From Escherichia phage 236Ecol005PP, in sequence record PP434423.1: a DNA stretch of 64,000 bases; one strand, given 5' to 3'. Positions within the stretch are counted from its first letter, which is position 1. Each line of letters begins with the position of its first letter. The translations under genes and the position numbers were made by a program. Below, piece after piece: positions 20,001 to 37,394 of this stretch. The notes under the pieces were generated by a model, which was given only the letters and a program-made list of their open reading frames with translations, did no database searches and was not told the origin of the DNA.

Positions 20001-20128
20001 GTCCTCTATTTGACGCATCTGGAACAACATTTGCACAATTTAGGGATTTAGTTAATAAACGTCTAAAAGATAATATAGGAAATCCAAGAGACCCTGAAAA
20101 TCCAACACAGGTTAAAATAGATGAATGA
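17030..20128 (+). CDS. 7: gp7 baseplate wedge protein
   Basis: 1032 aa as T4 gp7; synteny. Confidence 0.9.
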   Translation: MTVKAPSVTSLRISKLSANQVQVRWDDVGANFYYFVEIAETKTNSGENLPSNQYRWINLGYTANNSFFFDDADPLTSYVIRVATAAQDFEQSDWIYTEEFETFATNAYTFQNMIEMQLANKFIQEKFTLNNSDYVNFNNDTIMAALMNESFQFSPSYVDVSSISNFIIGENEYHEIQGSIQQVCKDINRVYLMESEGILYLFERYQPVVKVSNDKGQTWKAVKLFNDRVGYPLSKTVYYQSANTTYVLGYDKIFYGRKSTDVRWSADDVRFSSQDITFAKLGDQLHLGFDVEIFATYATLPANVYRIAEAITCTDDYIYVVARDKVRYIKTSNAPIDSDPLSPTYSERLFEPDTMTITGNPKAVCYKMDSVGDKVFALIIGEVETLNANPRTSKIIDSADKGIYVLNHDTKTWKRVFGNTEEERRRIQPGYANMSTDGKLVSLSSSNFKFLSDNVVNDPETTAKYQLIGAVKYEFPREWLADKHYHMMAFIADEKSDWETFTPQPMKYYAEPFFNWSKKSNTRCWINNSDRVVVVYADLKYTKVIENIPETSPDRLVHEYWDDGDCTIVMPNVKFTGFKKYASGMLFYKASGEIISYYDFNYRVRDTVEIIWKPTEVFLKAFLQNQEHETPWSPEEERGLADPDLRPLIGTMMPDSYLLQDSNFEAFCEAYIQYLSDGYGTQYNNLRNLIRNKYPREEHAWEYLWSEIYKRNIYLNADKRDAVARFFESRSYDFYSTKGIEASYKFLFKVLYNEEVEIEIESGAGTEYDIIVQSDSLTEDLVGQTIYTATGRCNVTYIERSYSNGKLQWTVTIHNLLGRLIAGQEVKAERLPSFEGEIIRGVKGKDLLQNNIDYINRSRSYYVMKIKSNLPSSRWKSDVIRFVHPVGFGFIAITLLTMFINVGLTLKHTETIINKYKNYKWDSGLPTEYADRVAKLTPTGEIEHDSVTGEAIYEPGPMAGVEYPLPDDYNAENNNSIFQGQLPSERRKLMSPLFDASGTTFAQFRDLVNKRLKDNIGNPRDPENPTQVKIDE

Positions 20129-21125
20129 TTCAAGTGTTATCTATCGTGCGATAGTTACTTCAAAATTTAGAACAGAAAAAATGTTGAATTTTTATAATTC
20201 AATTGGAAGTGGTCCGGATAAAAACACTATCTTTATCACATTTGGAAGATCAGAACCGTGGTCATCAAATGAAAATGAGGTGGGCTTTGCTCCACCTTAT
20301 CCTACCGATTCCGTATTAGGTGTAACTGACATGTGGACTCATATGATGGGAACCGTAAAGGTTCTTCCATCTATGCTTGATGCAGTTATTCCTCGTAGAG
20401 ATTGGGGAGATACTAGATATCCGGATCCATACACATTTAGAATTAACGATATTGTAGTGTGTAACTCAGCTCCTTACAATGCTACTGAATCAGGCGCAGG
20501 CTGGTTAGTATATCGTTGTTTAGATGTTCCTGATACCGGAATGTGTTCAATAGCATCTTTAACTGATAAAGATGAATGCCTTAAGTTAGGTGGAAAATGG
20601 ACTCCTTCTGTTAGGTCAATGACTCCTCCTGAAGGTCGAGGAGACGCGGAAGGAACAATCGAACCCGGCGACGGATATGTTTGGGAATATCTTTTTGAGA
20701 TTCCGCCTGATGTATCTATAAATAGATGCACGAATGAATATATCGTGGTTCCTTGGCCTGAGGAATTAAAAGAAGACCCGGCTAGATGGGGGTATGAAGA
20801 TAATCTCACTTGGCAACAAGATGATTTTGGATTAATTTACCGTGTTAAGGCAAATACTATCCGTTTTAAAGCATATTTAGATTCAGTTTATTTTCCTGAG
20901 GCTGCATTGCCGGGAAATAAAGGATTTAGACAAATATCAATAATCACGAATCCTCTTGAAGCTAAAGCTCATCCAAATGACCCAAACGTTAAAGCTGAAA
21001 AGGATTATTATGATCCGGAAGATTTAATGAGGCATTCGGGCGAAATGATTTATATGGAAAATAGGCCACCTATTATCATGGCAATGGATCAAACAGAAGA
21101 AATCAATATTCTGTTTACATTTTAA
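20121..21125 (+). CDS. 8: gp8 baseplate wedge protein
   Basis: 334 aa as T4 gp8; synteny. Confidence 0.9.
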   Translation: MNDSSVIYRAIVTSKFRTEKMLNFYNSIGSGPDKNTIFITFGRSEPWSSNENEVGFAPPYPTDSVLGVTDMWTHMMGTVKVLPSMLDAVIPRRDWGDTRYPDPYTFRINDIVVCNSAPYNATESGAGWLVYRCLDVPDTGMCSIASLTDKDECLKLGGKWTPSVRSMTPPEGRGDAEGTIEPGDGYVWEYLFEIPPDVSINRCTNEYIVVPWPEELKEDPARWGYEDNLTWQQDDFGLIYRVKANTIRFKAYLDSVYFPEAALPGNKGFRQISIITNPLEAKAHPNDPNVKAEKDYYDPEDLMRHSGEMIYMENRPPIIMAMDQTEEINILFTF

Positions 21126-21130
21126 CTTAA

Positions 21131-21153
21131 GGGAGCCCATGGGCTCCCTTTTT
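21131..21153 (+). terminator. rho-independent terminator after gene 8
   Basis: GGGAGCCCATGGGCTCCC followed by TTTTT. Confidence 0.7.
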
Positions 21154-21156
21154 CTT

Positions 21157-21164
21157 TATAAATA
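21157..21164 (+). promoter_or_regulatory. late promoter TATAAATA for gene 9
   Basis: exact TATAAATA 25 nt upstream of ATG 21189. Confidence 0.6.
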
Positions 21165-21188
21165 CTATAAACTCATAAGGAAACCGCT

Positions 21189-22055
21189 ATGTTCATTCAA
21201 GAACCAAAGAAATTGATTGATACCGGCGAAATTGGTAACGCTTCTACTGGTGATATCTTATTCGACGGTGGTAATAAAATTAATAGTGATTTTAACGCAA
21301 TTTATAATGCGTTTGGCGATCAACGTAAAATGGCAGTAGCAAATGGAACTGGAGCAGATGGCCAAATTATCCATGCTACTGGATATTATCAAAAACACTC
21401 TATTGCAGAGTACGCAACTCCAGTAAAAGTTGGCACTAGGCATGATATTGATACCTCTACTGTAGGTGTTAAAGTTATCATTGAAAGAGGCGAACTTGGT
21501 GACTGCGTTGAATTTATTAACTCAAATGGATCTATATCAGTTACTAATCCTTTAACGATTCAAGCAATTGATTCAATTAAAGGTGTTTCGGGTAATTTAG
21601 TAGTAACTAGCCCATACAGTAAAGTAACTTTACGCTGTATTTCATCTGATAATTCTACATCGGTTTGGAATTATTCTATTGAAAGCATGTTTGGACAAAA
21701 GGAATCACCAGCTGAAGGTACATGGAATATTTCTACATCCGGATCAGTTAATATTCCACTATTTCATCGCACTGAATACAATATGGCTAAATTGCTAGTT
21801 ACATGCCAATCAGTAGATGGAAGAAAAATTAAAACAGCAGAAATAAATATTCTTGTGGATACTGTTAATTCAGAGGTCATTTCTTCTGAATATGCTGTCA
21901 TGCGAGTTGGGAATGAAACCGAAGAAGACGAAATCGCTAATATTGCATTTAGTATTAAAGAAAATTATGTAACGGCGACTATAAGTTCTCCAACTGTCGG
22001 TATGAGAGCAGCAGTTAAAGTTATCGCTACGCAGAAAATCGGGGTGGCTCAATAA
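21189..22055 (+). CDS. 9: gp9 baseplate protein (long tail fibre socket)
   Basis: 288 aa as T4 gp9; synteny. Confidence 0.9.
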   Translation: MFIQEPKKLIDTGEIGNASTGDILFDGGNKINSDFNAIYNAFGDQRKMAVANGTGADGQIIHATGYYQKHSIAEYATPVKVGTRHDIDTSTVGVKVIIERGELGDCVEFINSNGSISVTNPLTIQAIDSIKGVSGNLVVTSPYSKVTLRCISSDNSTSVWNYSIESMFGQKESPAEGTWNISTSGSVNIPLFHRTEYNMAKLLVTCQSVDGRKIKTAEINILVDTVNSEVISSEYAVMRVGNETEEDEIANIAFSIKENYVTATISSPTVGMRAAVKVIATQKIGVAQ

Positions 22056-23863
22056 TGAAACAAAATATTAATATCGGTAATGTTGTTGATGATGGTACCG
22101 GTGACTACCTGCGTAAAGGTGGTATAAAAATAAATGAAAACTTTGATGAGCTTTATTATGAGCTCGGTGATGGAGATGTTCCATATTCAGCCGGTGCCTG
22201 GAAAACTTATGATGCTTCATCTGGCCAAACACTAAAAGCTGAGTGGGGAAAATCATACGCTATTAATACCTCTTCTGGAAGAGTAACTATAAATCTTCCA
22301 AAAGGAACTGTCAATGATTACAACAAGGTAATTAGAGCTAGAGACGTATTTGCTACATGGAACGTCAACCCAGTTACATTAGTAGCTGCTTCCGGCGATA
22401 CGATTAAAGGGTCTGCAGTACCAGTTGAAATTAATGTTCAATTCAGCGATTTGGAATTAGTGTATTGCGCCCCAGGACGTTGGGAATATGTCAAAAATAA
22501 GCAAATTGACAAAATTACCAGTTCAGACATTAGTAATGTAGCTCGTAAAGAATTTTTAGTCGAAGTCCAAGGACAAACAGACTTTTTAGATGTTTTCCGT
22601 GGAACTAGTTATAATGTAAATAACATCAGAGTAAAACATCGTGGTAACGAATTGTACTACGGCGATGTATTTAGTGAAAACAGCGATTTTGGCTCTCCGG
22701 GCGAAAACGAAGGTGAATTAGTTCCTCTTGATGGATTTAATATTCGATTAAGACAGCCTTGTAATATTGGTGATACTGTTCAAATTGAAACATTTATGGA
22801 TGGCGTATCACAGTGGAGAAGTTCATATACAAGACGTCAAATTAGAGTGTTAGATTCAAAATTAACGTCAAAAACTTCTTTAGAAGGAAGCATTTACGTT
22901 ACTGATTTATCAACAATGAAATCAATTCCGTTTTCAGCTTTTGGATTAATTCCAGGTGAACCTATTAATCCTAATTCTCTCGAGGTCCGTTTTAATGGAA
23001 TTTTACAAGAATTGGCTGGAACAGTTGGAATGCCATTATTTCATTGCGTTGGTGCCGATTCAGACGATGAAGTAGAATGCTCTGTTTTAGGTGGAACTTG
23101 GGAACAGTCTCATACCGACTATTCAGTTGAAACTGATGAAAACGGCATACCAGAAACATTGCACTTCGATAGAGTATTTGAGCACGGCGACATTATTAAT
23201 ATCACTTGGTTTAATAATGATTTAGGTACATTATTAACAAAAGATGAGATTATTGATGAAACTGATAATCTCTATGTATCGCAAGGACCAGGAGTAGATA
23301 TTTCCGGTGATGTAAATTTAACAGACTTCGATAAAATTGGTTGGCCAAATGTAGAAGCAGTTCAATCCTATCAACGTGAATTTAATGCTGTTTCAAATAT
23401 CTTTGATACGATTTATCCTATTGGAACTATATATGAAAACGCTGTTAATCCAAATAACCCTGTTACATATATGGGATTCGGCTCATGGAAATTATTTGGG
23501 CAAGGAAAAGTTTTAGTTGGATGGAATGAAGATATTTCGGACCCTAACTTTGCTTTAAATAACAACGATTTAGATTCGGGCGGAAATCCTTCACATACTG
23601 CAGGCGGAACAGGTGGTTCTACTTCTGTTACATTGGAAAATGCTAATCTTCCTGCAACTGAGACAGATGAAGAAGTTCTAATAGTTGATGAAAATGGATC
23701 AGTCATTGTTGGTGGATGTCAATACGATCCAGATGAATCTGGTCCAGTTTACACGAAATACCGTGAAGCTAAAGCATCTACTAACTCTACTCACACTCCG
23801 CCAACATCAATAACTAACATTCAACCATATATTACAGTTTATCGTTGGATAAGGATTGCATAA
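22055..23863 (+). CDS. 10: gp10 baseplate wedge protein
   Basis: 602 aa as T4 gp10; synteny. Confidence 0.9.
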   Translation: MKQNINIGNVVDDGTGDYLRKGGIKINENFDELYYELGDGDVPYSAGAWKTYDASSGQTLKAEWGKSYAINTSSGRVTINLPKGTVNDYNKVIRARDVFATWNVNPVTLVAASGDTIKGSAVPVEINVQFSDLELVYCAPGRWEYVKNKQIDKITSSDISNVARKEFLVEVQGQTDFLDVFRGTSYNVNNIRVKHRGNELYYGDVFSENSDFGSPGENEGELVPLDGFNIRLRQPCNIGDTVQIETFMDGVSQWRSSYTRRQIRVLDSKLTSKTSLEGSIYVTDLSTMKSIPFSAFGLIPGEPINPNSLEVRFNGILQELAGTVGMPLFHCVGADSDDEVECSVLGGTWEQSHTDYSVETDENGIPETLHFDRVFEHGDIINITWFNNDLGTLLTKDEIIDETDNLYVSQGPGVDISGDVNLTDFDKIGWPNVEAVQSYQREFNAVSNIFDTIYPIGTIYENAVNPNNPVTYMGFGSWKLFGQGKVLVGWNEDISDPNFALNNNDLDSGGNPSHTAGGTGGSTSVTLENANLPATETDEEVLIVDENGSVIVGGCQYDPDESGPVYTKYREAKASTNSTHTPPTSITNIQPYITVYRWIRIA

Positions 23864-24522
23864 TGAGTTTACTTAATAATAAAGCGGGAGTTATTTCCCG
23901 CTTAGCCGATTTTCTTGGTTTTAGACCTAAAACTGGCGACATCGATGTAATGAATCGTCAATCAGTTGGGTCAGTGACAATTTCTCAATTAGCGAAAGGA
24001 TTTTATGAACCAAACGTAGAATCAGCTATTAATGACGTTCATAATTTTTCTATAAAAGACGTTGGTACAATTATTACTAATAAAACTGGTGTTTCTCCTG
24101 AGGGTGTTTCTCAAACTGATTATTGGGCATTTTCGGGAACTGTAACAGATGATTCGCTTCCTCCTGGTTCTCCTGTTACTGTATTAGTATTCGGTCTTCC
24201 AGTTTCAGCAACAACCGGAATGACAGCTATTGAGTTTGTCGCCAAAGTTCGTGTTGCACTGCAAGAAGCTATTGCGTCATTTACTGCTATCAATTCATAT
24301 AAAGACCATCCAACCGATGGTAGTAAATTAGAAGTTACTTATTTAGATAATCAGAAACATGTATTAAGCACATATTCCACATATGGAATAACTATTTCCC
24401 AAGAAATTATTTCAGAATCTAAGCCTGGATATGGCACATGGAATTTGCTTGGTGCACAAACTGTAACTTTAGATAATCAGCAAACTCCGATAGTACTTTA
24501 TCATTTTGAGAGAACAGCATGA
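23863..24522 (+). CDS. 11: gp11 baseplate wedge / short tail fibre attachment
   Basis: ATG 23863 overlaps gp10 stop (TAATG), 219 aa as T4 gp11; track start 23845 is TTG. Confidence 0.85.
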   Translation: MSLLNNKAGVISRLADFLGFRPKTGDIDVMNRQSVGSVTISQLAKGFYEPNVESAINDVHNFSIKDVGTIITNKTGVSPEGVSQTDYWAFSGTVTDDSLPPGSPVTVLVFGLPVSATTGMTAIEFVAKVRVALQEAIASFTAINSYKDHPTDGSKLEVTYLDNQKHVLSTYSTYGITISQEIISESKPGYGTWNLLGAQTVTLDNQQTPIVLYHFERTA

Positions 24523-26102
24523 GTAATAATACATACCAACACGTTTCTAATGAATCTCGCTATGTAAAATTTGATCCAACTGGCACAAATTTTCCAGCAG
24601 AGATTACTGATGTTCAGGCTGCTATAGCAGCCATTTCTCCTGCTGGTGTAAATGGAGTTCCTGACGCATCATCAACAACAAAGGGAATTTTATTTCTTGC
24701 CACTGAACAGGAAGTTATCGACGGAACTGATAATACCAAAGCAGTTACACCAGCAACGTTGGCAACAAGATTATCTTATCCAAACGCAACTGAAACTGTT
24801 TACGGATTAACAAGATATTCAACCAATGATGAAGCGATTGCTGGAGTTAATAATGAATCTTCTATAACTCCTGCTAAATTTACTGTTGCCCTTAATAATG
24901 CCTTTGAAACTCGTGTTTCAACTGAATCAAAGAATGGAGTTATTAAAATTTCATCTCTACCGCAAGCATTAGCTGGCGCAGATGATACTACTGCAATGAC
25001 TCCATTAAAAACGCAGCAGTTAGCTATTAAACTAATTGCGCAAATCGCTCCTTCTGAATCCACAGCTACCGAATCGGCCCAAGGTGTTGTTCAATTAGCG
25101 ACAGTAGCTCAAGTTCGTCAAGGAACTTTAAGAGAAGGCTATGCAATTTCTCCTTATACGCTAATGAATTCTACTGCTACTGAAGAATATAAAGGCGTAA
25201 TTAAATTAGGAACACAATCAGAAGTTAACTCGAATAATGCTTCTGTTGCGGTTACTGGTGCAACTCTTAATGGTCGTGGTTCTACAACGTCAATGAGAGG
25301 CGTAGTTAAATTAACTACAACCGCCGGCTCACAGAGTGGAGGTGATGCTTCATCAGCACTAGCTTGGAATGCTGACGTTATCCACCAAAGAGGTGGTCAA
25401 ACGATTAATGGAACACTTCGCATTAATAATACGCTTACAATAGCTTCAGGTGGAGCAAATATTACCGGAACAGTTAACATGACCGGTGGTTATATTCAGG
25501 GTAAGCGTGTTGTAACACAGAATGAAATAGATAGAACTATTCCTGTCGGAGCTATTATGATGTGGGCGGCTGATAGCCTTCCTAGTGATGCTTGGCGCTT
25601 TTGTCATGGCGGAACTGTTTCAGCGTCGGATTGCCCATTATATGCTTCTAGAATTGGAACAAGATACGGCGGAAGCTCATCAAATCCTGGATTACCTGAT
25701 ATGCGTGGCCTTTTTGTTCGCGGCTCTGGTCGCGGCTCTCACTTAACAAATCCAAATGTTAATGGTAATGACCAATTTGGTAAGCCTAGATTAGGTGTAG
25801 GTTGTACTGGTGGATATGTTGGCGAAGTGCAAAAACAGCAGATGTCTTATCATAAACACGCTGGCGGATTCGGCGAGTCAGATGATTCTGGAGCATTTGG
25901 TAATACCCGTAGATCAAATTTTGTTGGTACACGTAAAGGACTTGACTGGGATAACCATTCATACTTCACCAATGATGGATATGAAATCGACCCAGCATCA
26001 CAACGAAATTCCAAATATACACTAAATCGTCCTGAATTAATTGGAAATGAAACACGTCCATGGAACATTTCTTTAAACTACATAATTAAGGTAAAAGAAT
26101 GA
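24519..26102 (+). CDS. 12: gp12 short tail fibre
   Basis: 527 aa as T4 gp12; repetitive fibrous sequence; synteny. Confidence 0.9.
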   Translation: MSNNTYQHVSNESRYVKFDPTGTNFPAEITDVQAAIAAISPAGVNGVPDASSTTKGILFLATEQEVIDGTDNTKAVTPATLATRLSYPNATETVYGLTRYSTNDEAIAGVNNESSITPAKFTVALNNAFETRVSTESKNGVIKISSLPQALAGADDTTAMTPLKTQQLAIKLIAQIAPSESTATESAQGVVQLATVAQVRQGTLREGYAISPYTLMNSTATEEYKGVIKLGTQSEVNSNNASVAVTGATLNGRGSTTSMRGVVKLTTTAGSQSGGDASSALAWNADVIHQRGGQTINGTLRINNTLTIASGGANITGTVNMTGGYIQGKRVVTQNEIDRTIPVGAIMMWAADSLPSDAWRFCHGGTVSASDCPLYASRIGTRYGGSSSNPGLPDMRGLFVRGSGRGSHLTNPNVNGNDQFGKPRLGVGCTGGYVGEVQKQQMSYHKHAGGFGESDDSGAFGNTRRSNFVGTRKGLDWDNHSYFTNDGYEIDPASQRNSKYTLNRPELIGNETRPWNISLNYIIKVKE

Positions 26103-27562
26103 CAGATATTGTACTGAATGACTTACCATTCGTTGACGGCCCTCCTGCAGAGGGCCAGAGCCGCATTTCCTGGATTAAAAACGGCGAAGAAATATTAGGA
26201 GCTGACACACAGTATGGAAGTGAAGGCTCAATGAATAGACCTACAGTTTCTGTACTAAGAAATGTTGAAGTTCTTGATAAAAACATTGGAATACTTAAAA
26301 CATCTTTAGAATCCGCGAATAGTGATATTAAAACAATTCAGGGCATCTTAGATGTATCTGGTGATATTGAAGCTTTGGCCCAAATAAGTATCAATAAAAA
26401 GGATATTTCTGACCTTAAAACGCTAACCAGTGAACATACAGAAATATTAAATGGAACTAATAGTACAGTTGACAGCATTCTTGCTGATATTGGTCCATTT
26501 AACTCCGAGGCTAACTCTGTATACAGAACGATCAGAAATGATTTACTGTGGATAAAGCGTGAACTTGGACAATACACAGGCCAAGATATTAATGGTCTTC
26601 CTGTTGTAGGAAATCCTAGCACAGGAATGAAGCATCGCATTATTAATAATACTGATGTCATCACTTCACAGGGAATACGTTTAAGCGAATTAGAAACAAA
26701 ATTTATTGAATCTGATGTAGGTTCTTTAACTATTGAAGTTGGTAATCTCCGTGAAGAGCTTGGACCTAAACCACCGTCATTTTCACAAAACGTTTACAGC
26801 CGCTTAAATGAAATTGACACTAAACAGACAACAGTTGAGTCTGACATTAGTGCTATTAAGACCTCAATAGGATATCCAGGAAATAATTCGATTATTACGA
26901 GTGTTAATACAAACACTGATAATATTGCATCTATTAATTTAGAGCTAAATCAAAGTGGAGGTATTAAACAGCGTTTAACCGTTATTGAAACTTCTATTGG
27001 TTCAGATGATATTCCTTCGAGTATTAAAGGCCAAATCAAAGATAATACAACTTCAATCGAAGCTCTAAATGGAATCGTCGGTGAAAACACTTCATCCGGT
27101 TTAAGAGCGAATGTTTCGTGGTTAAACCAAATTGTTGGAACTGATTCTAGCGGTGGACAACCTTCTCCTCCTGGGTCTCTTTTAAACCGAGTTTCTACAA
27201 TTGAAACTTCTGTTTCAAGCTTGAACAACGATGTTCAGAACCTACAAGTAGAGATTGGTAATAACAGCACAGGAATTAAAGGGCAAGTTGTAGCGTTAAA
27301 TACCTTAGTAAATGGAACTAATCCAAACGGTTCAACTGTCGAAGAACGTGGATTAACCAATTCAATAAAAGCTAACGAAACTAACATTGCATCAGTTACA
27401 CAAGAAGTGAATACAGCCAAAGGTAGTATATCTTCTCTGCAAGGTGATGTTCAAGCTCTACAAGAAGCAGGTTATATTCCTGAAGCTCCAAAAGATGGCC
27501 AAGCTTACGTTCGTAAAGACGGCGAATGGGTATTACTTTCTACCTTTTTATCACCAGCATAA
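26099..27562 (+). CDS. wac: fibritin (whisker antigen control)
   Basis: coiled-coil repeats and C-terminal foldon [27 protein letters not shown]; 487 aa. Confidence 0.95.
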   Translation: MTDIVLNDLPFVDGPPAEGQSRISWIKNGEEILGADTQYGSEGSMNRPTVSVLRNVEVLDKNIGILKTSLESANSDIKTIQGILDVSGDIEALAQISINKKDISDLKTLTSEHTEILNGTNSTVDSILADIGPFNSEANSVYRTIRNDLLWIKRELGQYTGQDINGLPVVGNPSTGMKHRIINNTDVITSQGIRLSELETKFIESDVGSLTIEVGNLREELGPKPPSFSQNVYSRLNEIDTKQTTVESDISAIKTSIGYPGNNSIITSVNTNTDNIASINLELNQSGGIKQRLTVIETSIGSDDIPSSIKGQIKDNTTSIEALNGIVGENTSSGLRANVSWLNQIVGTDSSGGQPSPPGSLLNRVSTIETSVSSLNNDVQNLQVEIGNNSTGIKGQVVALNTLVNGTNPNGSTVEERGLTNSIKANETNIASVTQEVNTAKGSISSLQGDVQALQEAGYIPEAPKDGQAYVRKDGEWVLLSTFLSPA

Positions 27563-27566
27563 CATG

Positions 27567-27592
27567 GGGCCGCAAGGCCCCAAAGGATTTTT
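27567..27592 (+). terminator. hairpin GGGGCCGCAAGGCCCC with weak T-tract after wac
   Basis: perfect GC stem, GCAA loop. Confidence 0.45.
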
Positions 27593-27594
27593 AA

Positions 27595-29296
<1,702 letters not shown>

Positions 29297-29337
29297 TAAA
29301 TATTATAAACTAATTAAAGCCCAGATTAGGAGAAATC

Positions 29338-32478
<3,141 letters not shown>

Positions 32479-32506
32479 TATTAAAGCATATTAAAGAGGA
32501 TTAAAA

Positions 32507-34486
32507 ATGACTTTATTATCTCCGGGCATTGAGCTCAAAGAAACCACGGTTCAAAGCACCGTGGTTAATAACTCTACTGGTACAGCCGCTCTGGCCGGTA
32601 AATTCCAGTGGGGTCCTGCTTTTCAAATTAAACAGGTTACAAATGAAGTAGATTTAGTTAATACTTTTGGTCAACCTACAGCTGAAACTGCTGACTATTT
32701 TATGTCTGCAATGAATTTCTTGCAATACGGAAATGATTTGCGAGTTGTGCGTGCTGTCGATAGAGATACCGCTAAAAACTCATCTCCGATTGCCGGTAAT
32801 ATTGAATACACTATTTCTACCCCAGGTAGTAACTACGCGGTTGGAGATAAAATCACGGTCAAATATGTTTCAGATGCTATTGAAACTGAAGGTAAAATTA
32901 CTGAAGTAGACACAGATGGAAAAATTAAGAAAATTAATATTCCTACTGCAAAAATTATCGCTAAAGCTAAAGAAGTCGGTGAATATCCAGAATTAGGTTC
33001 TAACTGGACCGCGGAAATTTCTTCATCTTCCTCTGGTTTAGCTGCAGTAATAACTCTTGGAAAAATTATTACTGATTCTGGTATTTTATTAGCTGAAATT
33101 GAAAATGCTGAAGCTGCTATGACAGAGGTTGGCTTTCAAGCAAATCTCGAAAAATATGGAATTCCAGGAGTAGTAGCTCTTTATCCAGGCGAATTAGGCG
33201 ATAAAATTGAAATTGAAATCGTATCTAAAGCTGACTACGCAAAAGGGGCTTCTGCATTACTGCCAATTTATCCAGGCGGTGGTACTCGTGCATCTACTGC
33301 TAAAGCTGTGTTTGGATATGGACCACAAACTGATTCACAGTACGCTATTATAGTTCGTCGCAATGATGCTATTGTTCAAAGCGTTGTTCTTTCAACTAAG
33401 CGTGGTGAAAAAGATATTTACGATAGTAACATCTATATCGATGACTTTTTCGCAAAAGGTGGTTCAGAATATATTTTCGCAACTGCACAAAACTGGCCAG
33501 AAGGTTTCTCTGGAATTTTAACTTTGTCTGGCGGATTATCATCAAATGCTGAAGTAACAGCAGGAGATTTGATGGAAGCTTGGGACTTCTTTGCTGACCG
33601 CGAATCTGTTGATGTTCAGTTGTTTATTGCGGGTTCTTGCGCCGGCGAATCTTTAGAAACAGCATCTACTGTCCAAAAACACGTCGTTTCAATTGGTGAT
33701 GCTCGCCAAGATTGCTTAGTATTGTGCTCACCGCCGCGCGAAACTGTAGTTGGAATTCCTGTAACTCGTGCTGTCGATAACTTAGTCAATTGGAGAACTG
33801 CGACAGGTTCATATACTGATAATAACTTTAATATCAGTTCAACCTACGCAGCAATTGATGGTAACTACAAGTATCAGTATGACAAATATAATGATGTGAA
33901 TCGTTGGGTTCCATTAGCAGCTGATATTGCTGGTTTATGCGCGAGAACAGATAACGTTTCTCAGACTTGGATGTCTCCGGCTGGTTATAATCGTGGCCAG
34001 ATTCTTAATGTTATTAAACTTGCTATTGAAACTCGCCAGGCTCAGCGCGACCGTTTATACCAAGAAGCTATCAACCCGGTAACCGGTACAGGTGGTGATG
34101 GTTACGTATTGTATGGTGATAAAACAGCTACTTCTGTTCCTTCTCCATTTGATCGTATTAACGTTCGTCGTCTGTTTAATATGTTGAAAACGAATATCGG
34201 ACGTAGTTCAAAATATCGTTTGTTCGAATTAAACAACGCGTTTACCCGTTCATCATTCCGCACAGAAACTGCCCAGTACTTACAGGGAATTAAAGCTCTC
34301 GGTGGAATTTATGAATATCGTGTAGTTTGCGATACAACAAATAACACTCCGTCAGTAATTGATAGAAATGAGTTTGTTGCAACATTCTACATCCAACCGG
34401 CTAGAAGCATTAACTACATTACCTTGAACTTCGTAGCAACTGCTACTGGTGCAGATTTCGATGAGTTAACTGGTCTTGCAGGTTAA
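32507..34486 (+). CDS. 18: tail sheath protein
   Basis: 659 aa as T4 gp18; synteny. Confidence 0.95.
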   Translation: MTLLSPGIELKETTVQSTVVNNSTGTAALAGKFQWGPAFQIKQVTNEVDLVNTFGQPTAETADYFMSAMNFLQYGNDLRVVRAVDRDTAKNSSPIAGNIEYTISTPGSNYAVGDKITVKYVSDAIETEGKITEVDTDGKIKKINIPTAKIIAKAKEVGEYPELGSNWTAEISSSSSGLAAVITLGKIITDSGILLAEIENAEAAMTEVGFQANLEKYGIPGVVALYPGELGDKIEIEIVSKADYAKGASALLPIYPGGGTRASTAKAVFGYGPQTDSQYAIIVRRNDAIVQSVVLSTKRGEKDIYDSNIYIDDFFAKGGSEYIFATAQNWPEGFSGILTLSGGLSSNAEVTAGDLMEAWDFFADRESVDVQLFIAGSCAGESLETASTVQKHVVSIGDARQDCLVLCSPPRETVVGIPVTRAVDNLVNWRTATGSYTDNNFNISSTYAAIDGNYKYQYDKYNDVNRWVPLAADIAGLCARTDNVSQTWMSPAGYNRGQILNVIKLAIETRQAQRDRLYQEAINPVTGTGGDGYVLYGDKTATSVPSPFDRINVRRLFNMLKTNIGRSSKYRLFELNNAFTRSSFRTETAQYLQGIKALGGIYEYRVVCDTTNNTPSVIDRNEFVATFYIQPARSINYITLNFVATATGADFDELTGLAG

Positions 34487-34502
34487 TACAGTGCATTCTA
34501 AA

Positions 34503-34520
34503 GGCCTGTTTCGACAGGCC
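34503..34520 (+). terminator. hairpin GGCCTGTTTCGACAGGCC after gene 18
   Basis: 7-bp stem; weak U-tract. Confidence 0.4.
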
Positions 34521-34521
34521 A

Positions 34522-34529
34522 TATAAATA
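34522..34529 (+). promoter_or_regulatory. late promoter TATAAATA (distal) for gene 19
   Basis: exact TATAAATA. Confidence 0.5.
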
Positions 34530-34582
34530 CACTATATCCTTAATTCTTTAATTCTATATGCCCTAGGTTAAACATAGGGATA

Positions 34583-34590
34583 TATAAATA
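34583..34590 (+). promoter_or_regulatory. late promoter TATAAATA (proximal) for gene 19
   Basis: exact TATAAATA 15 nt upstream of ATG 34605. Confidence 0.6.
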
Positions 34591-34604
34591 CTACAGAGGC
34601 TAAT

Positions 34605-35096
34605 ATGTTTGTAGATGATGTAACACGAGCGTTTGAATCTGGTGATTTTGCTCGACCTAACTTATTCCAAGTAGAAATTTCTTATCTTGGACAAAATTTT
34701 ACGTTTCAATGTAAAGCCACTGCTTTACCAGCTGGTATTGTAGAAAAAATTCCAGTCGGATTTATGAACCGTAAAATTAACGTAGCAGGCGATCGTACAT
34801 TCGATGACTGGACTGTTACAGTAATGAACGATGAGGCACATGATGCTCGCCAGAAGTTTGTTGATTGGCAAAGCATTGCTGCTGGGCAAGGGAACGAAAT
34901 TACTGGTGGAAAACCAGCAGAGTATAAAAAGAGTGCTGTTGTTCGTCAATATGCTCGTGACGCTAAAACTGTAACAAAAGAAGTCGAAATTAAAGGCCTG
35001 TGGCCTACTAACGTGGGTGAACTTCAATTAGATTGGGATTCAAACAATGAAATCCAAACCTTTGAAGTAACTCTCGCTCTCGATTATTGGGAATAA
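34605..35096 (+). CDS. 19: tail tube protein
   Basis: 163 aa as T4 gp19; synteny. Confidence 0.95.
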   Translation: MFVDDVTRAFESGDFARPNLFQVEISYLGQNFTFQCKATALPAGIVEKIPVGFMNRKINVAGDRTFDDWTVTVMNDEAHDARQKFVDWQSIAAGQGNEITGGKPAEYKKSAVVRQYARDAKTVTKEVEIKGLWPTNVGELQLDWDSNNEIQTFEVTLALDYWE

Positions 35097-35103
35097 AATG
35101 AAT

Positions 35104-35117
35104 GGGGAGAAATCCCC
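35104..35117 (+). terminator. hairpin GGGGAGAAATCCCC after gene 19
   Basis: GC stem-loop directly after stop. Confidence 0.35.
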
Positions 35118-35128
35118 ATCCTGCTTAA

Positions 35129-36753
<1,625 letters not shown>

Positions 36754-36754
<1 letters not shown>

Positions 36755-36969
36755 TGGAAGGTTTAATTGAAGCTATTAAATCAAACGACCTCGTAGCCGC
36801 TCGTAAATTATTTGCTGAAGCCATGGCTACAAGAACGATTGATTTAATTAAAGAAGAAAAAATCGCTATCGCTCGTAATTTCTTAATCGAAGGTGAAGAA
36901 CCTGAAGACGACGAAGACGAGGATGATGACGAAGACGACGAAGACGACGAAGACGAGGATGATGAATAA
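36754..36969 (+). CDS. 67: prohead core protein with poly-acidic C-terminus
   Basis: 71 aa; C-terminal [24 protein letters not shown]; position between 20 and 68. Confidence 0.8.
36904..36966 (+). repeat. GA-rich tandem codon repeat (GAA/GAC/GAG/GAT) encoding the acidic tail of gp67
   Basis: gaagacgacgaagacgaggatgat unit repeated. Confidence 0.7.
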
Positions 36970-37394
36970 TGCTTCTGATCCCTGAAACTCATGAATTAGT
37001 TCTCGAGCATGTCGAAGCACTTATTCCTGAAGCACAGGGTCGCTTTGACGAATTGTCTTCTGCTTTAAATAAAGACGATATAAATACAATTGTCGAGAAT
37101 ATGCTTGATGATGAAACTGATTTAGCAGTTGCATTAGCTTCTATTAATGAAAATATGCCGTTAAATGAATTCATTGTTAAGCATGTTTCAGCTCGTGGTG
37201 AAATTACACGTACTAAAGACCGCAAAACACGCGAACGTAATGCATTTCAAACCACTGGGCTGTCTAAAGCAAAACGTAGACAAATTGCTCGCAAAGCTAC
37301 CAAAACGAAGATTGCCAATCCAGCAGGTCAATCTCGTGCTCAGCGTAAGCGTAAAAAAGCTCTTAAACGCCGTAAAGCATTAGGATTAAGCTAA
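36969..37394 (+). CDS. 68: prohead core protein
   Basis: 141 aa as T4 gp68; basic C-terminus; synteny. Confidence 0.85.
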   Translation: MLLIPETHELVLEHVEALIPEAQGRFDELSSALNKDDINTIVENMLDDETDLAVALASINENMPLNEFIVKHVSARGEITRTKDRKTRERNAFQTTGLSKAKRRQIARKATKTKIANPAGQSRAQRKRKKALKRRKALGLS

